A stretch of 64,000 bases of DNA from an uncultured Candidatus Bathyarchaeia archaeon (GCA_964347245.1 CAYFXZ010000002.1:11529-75528), one strand, 5' to 3'; shown: positions 49,251 through 59,348, counted from the stretch's first letter. The notes: generated by a model from the sequence alone, not told the origin. A program made the numbers and translations.

Positions 49251-50579
49251 CTATAAGTCAATCCTTGCCGAAAGCATCTCCAAGAACGCTTCAACCCTAG
49301 TCTTCATTTGACCCACGTCTTCCCGAGTGTACTCAGTATCCAAGTAGTAAACAGGAACGCTCTTGTGGTCCAAGACTTTTTTGATCCGCATGTATTCCAT
49401 TGCGTAGAGCATACAACCACGAACTACGTAGTAAATCACGCCTTGTATGTTCCATTCCTTAATTTTGTTTAACATCCAGTTGATGCGGTCTTCGTTACCG
49501 TCTTCAGAAGTGAAGCAGGGACACGTGGACGCCATCAAATACCTTTCAGCTACAGCGTTAAGCATATCTCTCATCGACCACTCGTCCACACCCACAGGGT
49601 CATACAGAAGCCTCTCACTTGAACAAAGCTCGTCAGCCACAAGTAACCCTCTAGGGTTAGCCTCCTCAACCAGCGTGGGAATCTTCCAGTTGTCAGGCCA
49701 AATCATTGGCGTGCCAGTAACCATTACCCGTGGAGTATCCGGAGGGCAAACCCAGTTTTTTTGGTTCGCTCTTTTTTCAAGCTCGTCACATAAGGCTTCA
49801 GTATTCTGCGTCCACCTCTTAATATCATCCCACATGTATGTCTGATTAACAAGCATAGCATCTCTACCCATAATGACTGGAGATCCCTTCCTCAATTCCT
49901 GCAATCTCCTGAAAGCCTTTGTCGCCTTCTGAGTAAGCTCTATGGCAGATTTCAACTGCTTCCCTTTAATCTTGTTTCCAGTTAACGCTTCAATTTGCCC
50001 TTTCACGGCCTTAATTTCCTCGCCCCACAAATGTATGGATTGCTCGGAATCCTTAACTCTTGGAATAGTCATCGCCCAAATAGGCTTATAATCACTAAGA
50101 ATTTCCCCGAGCTTAGTCATCCCATCACACGTTAGCACGCTTATCAAAGCGTCACTCAACTCGAGATAAGGAGACAAAGCAATCATTTGGGCGCCTATAG
50201 TTGAACGGACCATAGGGCAGACTTCAACAGGCACAACCCGGTCTCCAATCTTCGAAGCATCATACCAACCCGAGTTTACACGAACCGGAATAGCATCCGC
50301 AGCCAAAATTAATTCTGTCGGTGCAAACAGGCACATGTAGCCGATAACCTTCTTGCCTTCCCTTTTTGCAACGCTAATTTCTTTTTCCCGCTTGGTAAAA
50401 TCAGCTATTCCATCAAAGTACTTCATAGCTTTAGGACGGTTTGGATCTGCCTTCTTCATTTTCTCAATGTTTTCAGCGACTATCCTCTGGGAAGTAGCTT
50501 TGATTGTTTTTCTCAGTTCTTCAACTTCTTTCTGAGAGAGTTCAGGCATGTATTTCTTTTCTTCACTTTGGCTTATCAT
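49251..50579 (-). CDS. 2-hydroxyacyl-CoA dehydratase / BcrB-C / double-cubane-cluster-protein family Fe-S subunit
   Basis: 442 aa. Family-like Cys contexts GYMCLFAP, VEVCPM, LTCDG, STCPCF, RGCMLY. GAGTGA-N6-ATG. Confidence 0.7.
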   Translation of the reverse strand: MISQSEEKKYMPELSQKEVEELRKTIKATSQRIVAENIEKMKKADPNRPKAMKYFDGIADFTKREKEISVAKREGKKVIGYMCLFAPTELILAADAIPVRVNSGWYDASKIGDRVVPVEVCPMVRSTIGAQMIALSPYLELSDALISVLTCDGMTKLGEILSDYKPIWAMTIPRVKDSEQSIHLWGEEIKAVKGQIEALTGNKIKGKQLKSAIELTQKATKAFRRLQELRKGSPVIMGRDAMLVNQTYMWDDIKRWTQNTEALCDELEKRANQKNWVCPPDTPRVMVTGTPMIWPDNWKIPTLVEEANPRGLLVADELCSSERLLYDPVGVDEWSMRDMLNAVAERYLMASTCPCFTSEDGNEDRINWMLNKIKEWNIQGVIYYVVRGCMLYAMEYMRIKKVLDHKSVPVYYLDTEYTREDVGQMKTRVEAFLEMLSARIDL

Positions 50580-50585
50580 TATTAA

Positions 50586-51575
50586 TCACTCAATTGTTGA
50601 AGGTTCTAACCAGTTTCGAGACTTGAAAACGGTTTTTCTTCCCATCTTTACTTTCAAACAGTCTTCATATGGACACATTTCAACACACCTCGTGCACAGC
50701 ATGCACATTGAGGTGCTAATTTTTTCCCCTTTCTGTTCGTACACTTCGGTGACCTGCACTGGACAAACTCGCTTGCAAATTCCGCATTTAGTGCATTTCT
50801 GCTCATCCTTATCTATATGAAGCATAGGAGCCCATTTAAAACCTTTAAACCTATTCACGACAGCAATCGATACCCCTGTCGGACAAAACCGGCACCATAC
50901 GCGCCTCACAAAGAATGAACCAATAAACGTTAACCCCACGAAGATCCACGAGATAATATTAACAAAAAGTTGGTTGAAAACCACTTCAGAGTAAAGTATA
51001 ACTTCTTGAACGTACGGATAGCTGAAGTAAACTCCACTAATTGCAAGCGGCCCCTCCCAAGGGACAATCAATGGTATGATAGGACCAACCAGAATTCTCA
51101 AGGGCTCAAAAGGACCAGATAAAAGCAAAGCCAGAAGAACAGATAAGTCAAACGACGATGGAGGATCAAGCAGGAATAACACAAAAGGTATGATCAAAAA
51201 GATAAGAAACAACACGTATCGGAAGTTATGCAGGAATTTGTTGAGTTTATCGGATAAAAGGCGGTAGCGCACTTTGACGGTTTTTCTGATTAGAGTAATC
51301 GCATCCATGTATAAAGCAAAGGGACAAATCCAACCGCAAAAGAACCTTCCGAGAAAAAGAGGGAGAATAAGAATTACTGTTAACACTATAAGCTGCCATA
51401 CAGGGTAAGTGAACAAATAGAAAACCGCAACCATGGAAACTACCTGAACAAGGAAACGAAGATAGGTCACTTTTGTCGCCAGACCTTTTTTCCATATAAG
51501 AATAACAAGTATCCCCGCTAACGCTAACCCCGAGAGAACCGTTAACTTCAGTAACTCACCAATGATTTCCATCAT
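50586..51575 (-). CDS. NapH-like membrane polyferredoxin
   Basis: TM helices with CGWICPF. C-terminal CTKCGICKRVCP and CMLCTRCVEMCP. I prefer the ATG at 51575 (GGCGA-N7) to the track start at 51665. Confidence 0.78.
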   Translation of the reverse strand: MMEIIGELLKLTVLSGLALAGILVILIWKKGLATKVTYLRFLVQVVSMVAVFYLFTYPVWQLIVLTVILILPLFLGRFFCGWICPFALYMDAITLIRKTVKVRYRLLSDKLNKFLHNFRYVLFLIFLIIPFVLFLLDPPSSFDLSVLLALLLSGPFEPLRILVGPIIPLIVPWEGPLAISGVYFSYPYVQEVILYSEVVFNQLFVNIISWIFVGLTFIGSFFVRRVWCRFCPTGVSIAVVNRFKGFKWAPMLHIDKDEQKCTKCGICKRVCPVQVTEVYEQKGEKISTSMCMLCTRCVEMCPYEDCLKVKMGRKTVFKSRNWLEPSTIE

Positions 51576-51827
51576 GTTTATTTCGCCTTCGCAAAGTCTG
51601 GCAGCCAAATTAAGGTACAGAGCACTAATCCGAATAAGAAAACTTTGGCGGACACACCAAAACACTTTGAAAGCTCAAGCACCATTAACATTTTTAAAAT
51701 CTCGGGGTTTTTAGAGATCAAATAGAACCTGTTGCATTTAAAGCTTACACAAATAATAGGTTAAATGAGTTATTAGTTCAACATGGGAGTAGGCAGCGCA
51801 GTTCTTGCCTGAGACGCACAATGAACC

Positions 51828-54170
51828 CTATTGTTTACGCTTTTTTAAATAAACGAGAACACCCAAGTCAACAACAGCTATTATCATCATTACTATAGCC
51901 ATCCAAGTCATTAAGGAAGACTCTAGAGTTAGTAGTTGGTTCGGAGCATCCACTGCCCTAGTATTATATTCTCGGAGATATTGCAAGTGTGTGTCATCAG
52001 ATGGATAGCTTTCTGTTTCAGGATATGGGAAGCCGCTCATGCTTCGGAAAGGTAGTGGGTCTACTGTGAAGTCAAAACCGTAACCCCAGTTTCCTGGCGG
52101 ATCCTTGAACCAGCAAGCCACAAACATGAAAAAGTCCCGTTCTATGCCATCTTCAAGAGGTGGTAAATTTTCAACAGGAAATTGAAGAGACACTTGGTCA
52201 CCTTGTCTTCCGATTGCGTACATGTCGTCTCCTTCGAGCACTATTTGTGTTACGTCACCGTATCTTGTGAAGTCTCCTGTGGAAGATGAAGGAGTTTTAA
52301 ACGCTTGATGAAGGGTAGCGTCACCGTTGATCCGCTGAACAGTTATGTCTGCTTGCGGCGTTGTGTCTATTCCGATGTAATCGAAGGTTACGTTGAAGAA
52401 GTTTGTAATTCTAATCTTGTACTCCCTTACATCCTCTGGGAAAAGCCCGGTTAAGTCTACAACAAAGCCTCTGGGGACATAGTCGGAGGGCGTTGGCATC
52501 TGCCTGTCATTAGACACACGTACCCAATTTCCATTCGAATCTAAAACCTCCATATAAGGTGCAGGATAAATCTGTGTGCCGCTTGGCACAAATCCTTCGG
52601 TAAAAGCTTCTTTGAAGCCCTCAATCCACGTATAATAATGCTCAGGTGAACCCCAATCAATCATGCCCTTTAATACAAGTTTAATCTCTTCTGCATCAGC
52701 CAAATCACCTAGGTTCAGTGTCAATTGATTCAAATCAATATCGTCCCAAGATGAACTCGCCAGTCCATTACTTCCAGAGGTAAAGAGACCGTCCATCTCA
52801 GCAATTCGAGGCAAAACATCTTCTCCATTTTCGTTTACAGCGGAAACTGGGGACACCAATCCGTCCTTACTTACTGTGTAAATCTCACCCGGAAAAGCTT
52901 GATTGACATAGTTTACCATGGTTGAATAGACATCCACATCTGCCGGGTGATCAACGACCATCATGTAGGCGGCATCCAAATAGAAGATTTCATCCCACTT
53001 CTGAAGAAGGATAACATCATAAAAATCACCGCTCTCTGTACTTCTAAGTGTTAACTCACTTGAATCTAATTTTATGGTGTCCCATGGGTTTCCTCCGCCG
53101 AAAATAATCTCGCCGTTCTCATCAATATAATCGATATAACCTAACCAGCCAGCATTAGAAACTTCCGTTACATAAACATAATCGCTTCCGTTCCAATAGA
53201 ATAAGGAAGGACAGGAAGCATAACCACTTATCAGGTCATACGTTGCAACTAAAATCAGACTGTTTTCTAAGGTGAACTTCGTTGTTGTGCTTGTGTCTCC
53301 GTTGCTCCAGTACGCAAACTCGAAAACCGCCGTTTCAGAAATGAAGGGATCCGTTGTCGTAATTGTGTATTCACCTACAGGCAAGAGTCCAAAATAGGGC
53401 ATGTCAAGGTTTTCACCGTTAAGCGTGATAGGCACTAGGTCAGAACCGCCACCGGAATACCTGATAAGGGCTGTATGGTATCCTTCTGGAACGACCGTAA
53501 ACGTTCCAGATAAAGAGTTCACTTTAACAGTGTGTTTTCCTTCAGTCGTAGCATTATAAATGAATTCTACAGTCGTTGTTTCTTTCGCAGCTAGATTAAT
53601 TACTTTCCTCTCAACCAAAAAATCATCGACCATAAGTCTCACTGAAAGAACATCTGCCTCTTCTCCTTGGTTTGTGGCCGTAACTGTGGTTTTCATTATT
53701 TCATTGGGCCAAGCTTCACGTGGCTGAGTAGAAAGCTTAGATAGGATTATTTTGCTGGCTGACGGTGGTGGAAGGTTGAATGTCATTGATCCTGACAAAC
53801 CACAGGCTTCAATGCTATAGTCGCCCTCAACTTCTTTGATTACCATGAACTCAACCAGGGCGGATTCTCCAGCTAGAAGAAGAACCGTCTGGTTTTCCTC
53901 TAACACACCGTTTATTGTAAGATTGGCTATGTATTCTCCTTGTTCGCTTCCTATGTTAGTTAGGTTGACTGTTATCAAAACTGGTTCAAATACTTCAGCC
54001 TCCAGCGGGCTGATTGTGAGGTCAATTGCAGAAAACTCCGCTTGTTTAGGCCCAGCATCAATCAATCCTTCAGCCTGAAGGTAGAAGTAAACCCCAGCCG
54101 CTACAGCCACTATTAAAATGTCAATTACCAAAACTGCCTTTAATTTGGTTAATGCTGAGCGAGATTTCAT
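51828..54170 (-). CDS. Large cell-surface protein with CARDB-like domains and N- and C-terminal TM anchors
   Basis: N-terminal anchor. Two CARDB-like repeats (VNLTNIGSEQGEY..., VTATNQGEEADVLS...). A large beta-rich C-terminal region. Terminal TM plus a KKRKQ tail. Confidence 0.75.
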   Translation of the reverse strand: MKSRSALTKLKAVLVIDILIVAVAAGVYFYLQAEGLIDAGPKQAEFSAIDLTISPLEAEVFEPVLITVNLTNIGSEQGEYIANLTINGVLEENQTVLLLAGESALVEFMVIKEVEGDYSIEACGLSGSMTFNLPPPSASKIILSKLSTQPREAWPNEIMKTTVTATNQGEEADVLSVRLMVDDFLVERKVINLAAKETTTVEFIYNATTEGKHTVKVNSLSGTFTVVPEGYHTALIRYSGGGSDLVPITLNGENLDMPYFGLLPVGEYTITTTDPFISETAVFEFAYWSNGDTSTTTKFTLENSLILVATYDLISGYASCPSLFYWNGSDYVYVTEVSNAGWLGYIDYIDENGEIIFGGGNPWDTIKLDSSELTLRSTESGDFYDVILLQKWDEIFYLDAAYMMVVDHPADVDVYSTMVNYVNQAFPGEIYTVSKDGLVSPVSAVNENGEDVLPRIAEMDGLFTSGSNGLASSSWDDIDLNQLTLNLGDLADAEEIKLVLKGMIDWGSPEHYYTWIEGFKEAFTEGFVPSGTQIYPAPYMEVLDSNGNWVRVSNDRQMPTPSDYVPRGFVVDLTGLFPEDVREYKIRITNFFNVTFDYIGIDTTPQADITVQRINGDATLHQAFKTPSSSTGDFTRYGDVTQIVLEGDDMYAIGRQGDQVSLQFPVENLPPLEDGIERDFFMFVACWFKDPPGNWGYGFDFTVDPLPFRSMSGFPYPETESYPSDDTHLQYLREYNTRAVDAPNQLLTLESSLMTWMAIVMMIIAVVDLGVLVYLKKRKQ

Positions 54171-54572
54171 GTTGCTCCACCTAAATTCATTCGAATATAT
54201 AACTCTAGTCTATTTGGTTTAAACAAATTATCGAGTTATATTGGAAGTTTGCTACGGCTTTTTTCTGAAAAACCGTGTCAATTCTAATGCAAATTCGCAA
54301 CCTTCGTTGAATGTCCGTGAGAAAATAGTAAATTTTGAAAAGCTTTTGTTTTTTTCTCAACAATGGGTAACTGATTCATATTGAGGACATGGCAACATGC
54401 CGTTTTTTTGGTTCTCGCTTTTTTAAATTGTAAAATAAATAAAGGTCGGGTAGTTTATAGATGCAAGTTTTCCCTCCTTGTTTTCTGTATGCTATTTCGA
54501 TACTTATCCAAATATGACGGTGTGCTCAAATGGGTTTATTGTCTGATTAACTGAAGTATTATGCATTGAAGG

Positions 54573-55109
54573 TTAGTTAGTTCGTTTCTTTGTTTGCCAG
54601 ATTGCTGAACCTGCGAGTAATGTCGTGATTGTTGCTATAATAAGTGCGATCCAAGGTGTATACGTCGCCTGGTAAAAGCTGATTGTCGGTTGATATGGAT
54701 CGGGAGTTATGGTGAAACTCCACGAGATTGGAGTGTCTTTGATTGTTATTGATATTGTGTAAAAAATTGGCTGGTTTTAGCAGTTGAGTTGGATAGGAGG
54801 TTTGCTTGTATGATAGTGGACCGAAAACTTCAGTGGCTATACTACCGATTTGTAGTTTTGGAGTTGTTTGTAAGTCGCCCCATGCTGCAGAAGAAAGCGC
54901 ATCAATTGAAATTGTGGTGTCGAGAGAGATATCGGTGGAGTTGGGTTTTGGTCAATCGTTATTGTTATGTCTTCAACCTGCAAAACATTATTATCAGGTG
55001 TCGAATAAGCAGACTGAGTGCTGGAAAATATCAAGATTGCGATGAAAAACGTGGACACAAAAACAACTACAAGAATTAAGGCTAACCGCATCTTTGGCGC
55101 GAGATTCAT
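54573..55109 (-). pseudogene. Small surface-protein gene broken by two frameshifts at simple repeats
   Basis: A signal-anchor ORF (54837-55109) continues coherently in two other frames and ends in a TM anchor plus basic tail (PWIALIIATITTLLAGSAIWQTKKRTN, stop at 54573). The frame switches are at the (TC)4 repeat 54922-54929 and the T6 run 54761-54766 (minus-strand sense). Confidence 0.55.
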
Positions 55110-55210
55110 AAATTTTCACTTCCCTTATTTGCCCTTTTCCTAGTCGTGAATATTTTAATATTTAATTCTTAACTCTCAGGCAAAGCGGTGTCTTTGTTTT
55201 TAGTTATGCT

Positions 55211-55975
55211 TTGAGCTTTTTCATTTTGTTGAGTTTTGATGGAGATCGTATTTATAGCATGGTTGATTCAGTAGATAGCATCTTCAGGGAGGGCGACGGT
55301 ACCGTGAAAGATAGGCGAGCAGCAAAAGTCTTGCATATTCTGCGTCAAGAATTCATAATGCCCAAGTGGACCAAAGAGAAGCGCGACCCATTTGAAACAT
55401 TAATTGTTACAATTATTTCGCAGAACACAGCGGACAGAAACACCAGAAGAGCTTTTGCCTGCCTCTCGAAACGATTTAAAATCAAGCCCGAAGTTCTAGC
55501 GAACGCGGAAACAAGCGATATTGAACAAGCCCTCAAGGTAGCTGGTCTCTACAGAAGCAAAACCAAAACAATAAAAAATGTTTCTACAATAATCGTAGAA
55601 AAATTTCAGGGTTCAATTCAGACAATATTTTCATTGCCACTTGAAGAAGCAAGAAAACTCTTAATACAAATGCCCGGAGTAGGGCCGAAAACTGCTGATG
55701 TTGTATTGCTCTTCTCTGTAGCACAACCTACAATTCCCGTGGATACACACGTGAACCGCGTTTCAAAAAGGTTGGGGTTCGCAAATGCAAACGGAGACTA
55801 CGAAGCCGTGCGCGCAAGTCTTCAGTCACGTTACGACCGAAGCGATTATTTGGCTGTACACGTGTTGCTAATTGCGCATGGTAGAAAATATTGCAGGGCT
55901 CGACGACCTTTGTGCGAACAGTGCCCCGTGAATATACACTGCCCTTCAAGAGGAATATGGGATGACCGTACTTAA
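55211..55975 (+). CDS. nth: Endonuclease III / HhH-GPD DNA glycosylase with 4Fe-4S cluster
   Basis: HhH PGVGPKTADVVL, catalytic-region VDTHV, and CRARRPLCEQCPVNIHC. The true start is possibly the ATG at 55259. Confidence 0.88.
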   Translation: MSFFILLSFDGDRIYSMVDSVDSIFREGDGTVKDRRAAKVLHILRQEFIMPKWTKEKRDPFETLIVTIISQNTADRNTRRAFACLSKRFKIKPEVLANAETSDIEQALKVAGLYRSKTKTIKNVSTIIVEKFQGSIQTIFSLPLEEARKLLIQMPGVGPKTADVVLLFSVAQPTIPVDTHVNRVSKRLGFANANGDYEAVRASLQSRYDRSDYLAVHVLLIAHGRKYCRARRPLCEQCPVNIHCPSRGIWDDRT

Positions 55976-57896
55976 TCTACCTTTAGAAGTAGCAGAATAC
56001 TTCCCCTACGAAAACGTGCGCCCTTACCAAGCGCAATTCATAAAAACTATTTTCGATGCTGTTCGGAAAAGGCATTCAGTTCTAATTGAAGGTAGTAACG
56101 GGTTGGGAAAGACAATTTCGGCAATTTCTGCTTGTCTCCCAACCGCGGTTGAAAAAAATTTTAAGATACTGTACGTGGCTCGGACTCACCGTCAACACGA
56201 ACGCGTAATAGAAGAGTTAAGCGCAATTTTCAAGAAAAATCATGTTTCAGGCATTTCGCTTCGAGGTCGCAACCACATGTGTCTAAACAATTTGGCGGTT
56301 AAGAATGCTTTTGACGCCAAATCACTAATGGAAGCTTGTGAACTGCTAAAAGCTAAAGGCAAGTGCCCATACCACAAGGTTTCAGAGGAGCAAACATATG
56401 ATTACCTTTTGCTTAAACAGCAGATAGCGAGTCGCCCTTACAAAGCTTCCGAAATCCAGAAAGTCTGCCGAAGAAAGGGCTTCTGTCCTCATGAACTTGT
56501 AAAAGCTGCTCTTTCAGACATTAAAGTTATTGCATTAAGCTACCTTTACGTCTTTGATCCCGTGATTCGAGCTGCATTTCTTAAGAATCTTGAGACCAAA
56601 CTGCAGAAGATTATACTGATCGTTGATGAAGCGCACAATTTGCCGGATACAGCTATCGACATCGCAAGTAGTAGCCTGTCACTTTTCGGAATAAAACAAG
56701 CCGAAATCGAAGCTAAGAAGTACGAAAACAAGGAAATTGAGGATTTCACACACTTTTTCAGAACAGAAATCGAAAAACTAACAAAGGATATTCACAGAGA
56801 GCAAATAATTCCTGCAGAATCCATGATAGAGATCCTCCAAAAACATGGGAACATTTCGAATCCGCGCTACCTTTTTGAAAAGCTACATGAAGTTGGCAGT
56901 TCAATTAGGCGTAATCTGCTTGCGAATGGAAAATATCCGCGCTCGTACATTCATGGCTTGAGCGAGTTCATGCTCCAATGGCTTGAAAAGCTGGGTGACG
57001 ACTCCTTCATAAATGTTGCAAGCAGCTACTTAACTAGGGACAAAACGAAAACGGCAAAGCTGGAAATAGTTGCATTAGACCCGTCAAAAGTCACTTCTCC
57101 AGTTTTCTTATCCACCTATTCCAACATAGTAATGTCAGGTACTCTTCAGCCGCTACAAGCATACGCTAAAATAACGCAACTTCCTAAAAACACCGTGCAA
57201 TGCGTTGTACCCTCACCATTTCCGAAAAAACATATACTCTCAATTGTCTGTTGCGGCGTATCCACCGCGATGGAAAAAAGAACCCCTGCCATGTATCAGG
57301 TGTTGATTGAACGAATCAACGAAGTTGTCCAGAACACTCCACTAAACACTGGAATCTTCGCCGCCTCCTTCGAAGTACTAAACGCTTTACTAGCTGAAGG
57401 GTTGGAAGCTGCGTTGGATAAACCTCTGTTCCATGAGTATAAAGGCATGAGTTCAAAGACGAATGAAGAAATTGTGGCTGGGTTCAAGGCTTGCGGTGAA
57501 GGCGACGGTGCCGTTTTTCTCGGGGTCCAAGGTGGAAGAACTTCGGAAGGCGTGGATTTTCCGGGCAACCAAATGAATTCCGTTGTAATAGTGGGAGTTC
57601 CCTATGCGGAACCAACGCCAAGAGTGAAAGCGCAAATAAGTTACTACAATGAATGCTTCCCAAAACTGGGACGTGAATACGGTTACATTCTCCCAGCTAT
57701 GAAAAAAGCTTCCCAAGCCGCTGGAAGACCTGTTAGATCACTGGATGATTGGGGAGCCATAGTATTTTTAGACTACAGATTTTCCACAAGTTACTGCCGT
57801 AGCTTCCTACCCTCATGGGTGAGCAATCACATGAAAGTCCTGAGACCTGGTGACCACATTTTAGCTCGAGAAATTCAAAGATTCTTCAAAACATAA
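55962..57896 (+). CDS. xpd: XPD/Rad3-family Fe-S DNA helicase
   Basis: GSNGLGKT, DEAHNL, four Cys in the Fe-S domain (MCLNN...CELLKAKGKCPYH...GFCPHE), and the C-terminal helicase motif GVDFPG. Overlaps nth by 14 nt. Confidence 0.9.
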   Translation: MTVLNLPLEVAEYFPYENVRPYQAQFIKTIFDAVRKRHSVLIEGSNGLGKTISAISACLPTAVEKNFKILYVARTHRQHERVIEELSAIFKKNHVSGISLRGRNHMCLNNLAVKNAFDAKSLMEACELLKAKGKCPYHKVSEEQTYDYLLLKQQIASRPYKASEIQKVCRRKGFCPHELVKAALSDIKVIALSYLYVFDPVIRAAFLKNLETKLQKIILIVDEAHNLPDTAIDIASSSLSLFGIKQAEIEAKKYENKEIEDFTHFFRTEIEKLTKDIHREQIIPAESMIEILQKHGNISNPRYLFEKLHEVGSSIRRNLLANGKYPRSYIHGLSEFMLQWLEKLGDDSFINVASSYLTRDKTKTAKLEIVALDPSKVTSPVFLSTYSNIVMSGTLQPLQAYAKITQLPKNTVQCVVPSPFPKKHILSIVCCGVSTAMEKRTPAMYQVLIERINEVVQNTPLNTGIFAASFEVLNALLAEGLEAALDKPLFHEYKGMSSKTNEEIVAGFKACGEGDGAVFLGVQGGRTSEGVDFPGNQMNSVVIVGVPYAEPTPRVKAQISYYNECFPKLGREYGYILPAMKKASQAAGRPVRSLDDWGAIVFLDYRFSTSYCRSFLPSWVSNHMKVLRPGDHILAREIQRFFKT

Positions 57897-57897
57897 C

Positions 57898-58554
57898 TTA
57901 CCGAAATAGATCTTTGGTTTCATGTGGTTTTCTTCGCGGATAAATGTGACCAGCCCGTCCAGCTATACATATGGCTGAAGCTATGTCTATTAGGCCGCGT
58001 CTGTGCTTATTATGGTTTAAAGGATGGCTTGTTCCTGCCTCACTCACAACTTTAAATACCACCTCAGGAGGTAAAGCAAGGTCAAACTCTTGTACTAATT
58101 CCTTGTATGTTGGGACTCCATTGCCAATTTTTATAGTGACCGAGGTTGAGGCGAAATCAACATCTTGTATGACACTAGTGACTCTGTTAAGAGTTTCTTG
58201 AATGCTGAAGCAGTTTTTTGTTTCGTTGACTTTGCCATCGGCTATAATGGCTAAACCAAATACTTCGCCCGGATCTATGCCTATAACAATCCTTTCATAG
58301 CTTTTTTTTCCTTCGAGTATTTTCCTAATGTCATTAACTGCGTTGTTGGGTTCGGTTTCACCATTGTAAACTAGTACCCTTTCATGGTTTATAAGGTGCT
58401 TTTCTTTCTGGGTAGTTATGACAACTTTGACTTCTGTGGGTACTGTTTCACCAGGAATCAGACTCAAGAAGGGAATATTTCTCTCTTTCAACTTCTGCAC
58501 TATTAAAAAGTAAGCTTTCCCCTGAATTGTGGCAACTCCAACTTCCGCTTTCAT
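57898..58554 (-). CDS. RNase H-fold (RuvC/YqgF-like, COG2433-type) putative nuclease
   Basis: IGIDPGEVFGLAIIADGKV resembles the first acidic strand of RuvC-like folds. 218 aa. Confidence 0.5.
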   Translation of the reverse strand: MKAEVGVATIQGKAYFLIVQKLKERNIPFLSLIPGETVPTEVKVVITTQKEKHLINHERVLVYNGETEPNNAVNDIRKILEGKKSYERIVIGIDPGEVFGLAIIADGKVNETKNCFSIQETLNRVTSVIQDVDFASTSVTIKIGNGVPTYKELVQEFDLALPPEVVFKVVSEAGTSHPLNHNKHRRGLIDIASAICIAGRAGHIYPRRKPHETKDLFR

Positions 58555-58620
58555 ACAAGTTTCCTATATACGTATATGTTTAAGCGCAAAACAGATTATT
58601 GGTTTCGCAGTTTATAATCC

Positions 58621-59337
58621 TTGATGTGTGTTAATGTGATAAGGAAGGTATTAACCGGTTGCGATTGCATAGACAACAACTTGGGTGGCGGTTTATTTCC
58701 TGGAAGCGTTACTCTGATTTACGGAGAGCCAGAGACTGGAAAATCAACTCTGGCGATACAGTGTGCCGTAAACTGCGGAATGCAAGGTTATAAGACTCTC
58801 TTCGTAGATTGCGATAATACGTTCTCAGCTAAACGACTCTCGCAGGTAACCTTCGGAAAACTTGAAGGAATAGCCGACCTCATAATTCTCGTAAAACCAG
58901 TTGACTTCAAAGAACAGACGGTTCTCATAGACAGAATTGGAGAATACGCAGCTAAAAACTTCGGGTTAATAGTGGTTGACACTTTTAACTCCTTGTACAG
59001 GGCTAAACTCGCGGAGTCTTCTGGAAGAGGGTTTGGAATAAACCGTGAGCTGAACAGGCAACTGGCCATTCTAGCGCAAACCGCTAAAACACAAAAATTA
59101 GCCGTAGTGTTGACAAGTCAAGTGCGTGGCGTTTTTAACGAACCTTACGACAGCGTAACTCCCGTGGCCACCAGAGTCTTAAAATTCTGGGCTGACTCAA
59201 TAATATCCATGAAACCAACGGAAAACCCGCAGACGATTAAAGCTGTACTTGAGGAAAAAGGCCAAAAAAATCAAGCAGCACCCTGCTACCTAAGAATAGA
59301 CGAAACTGGAATACATGATTGCCAGTTCAGTCAGTGA
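58621..59337 (+). CDS. radB: DNA repair and recombination protein RadB (RecA-superfamily ATPase)
   Basis: LGGGLFPGSVTLIYGEPETGKST Walker A, Walker B-like LIVVD, RadB-like length. Confidence 0.82.
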   Translation: MMCVNVIRKVLTGCDCIDNNLGGGLFPGSVTLIYGEPETGKSTLAIQCAVNCGMQGYKTLFVDCDNTFSAKRLSQVTFGKLEGIADLIILVKPVDFKEQTVLIDRIGEYAAKNFGLIVVDTFNSLYRAKLAESSGRGFGINRELNRQLAILAQTAKTQKLAVVLTSQVRGVFNEPYDSVTPVATRVLKFWADSIISMKPTENPQTIKAVLEEKGQKNQAAPCYLRIDETGIHDCQFSQ

Positions 59338-59348
59338 TGGTTGATTAA

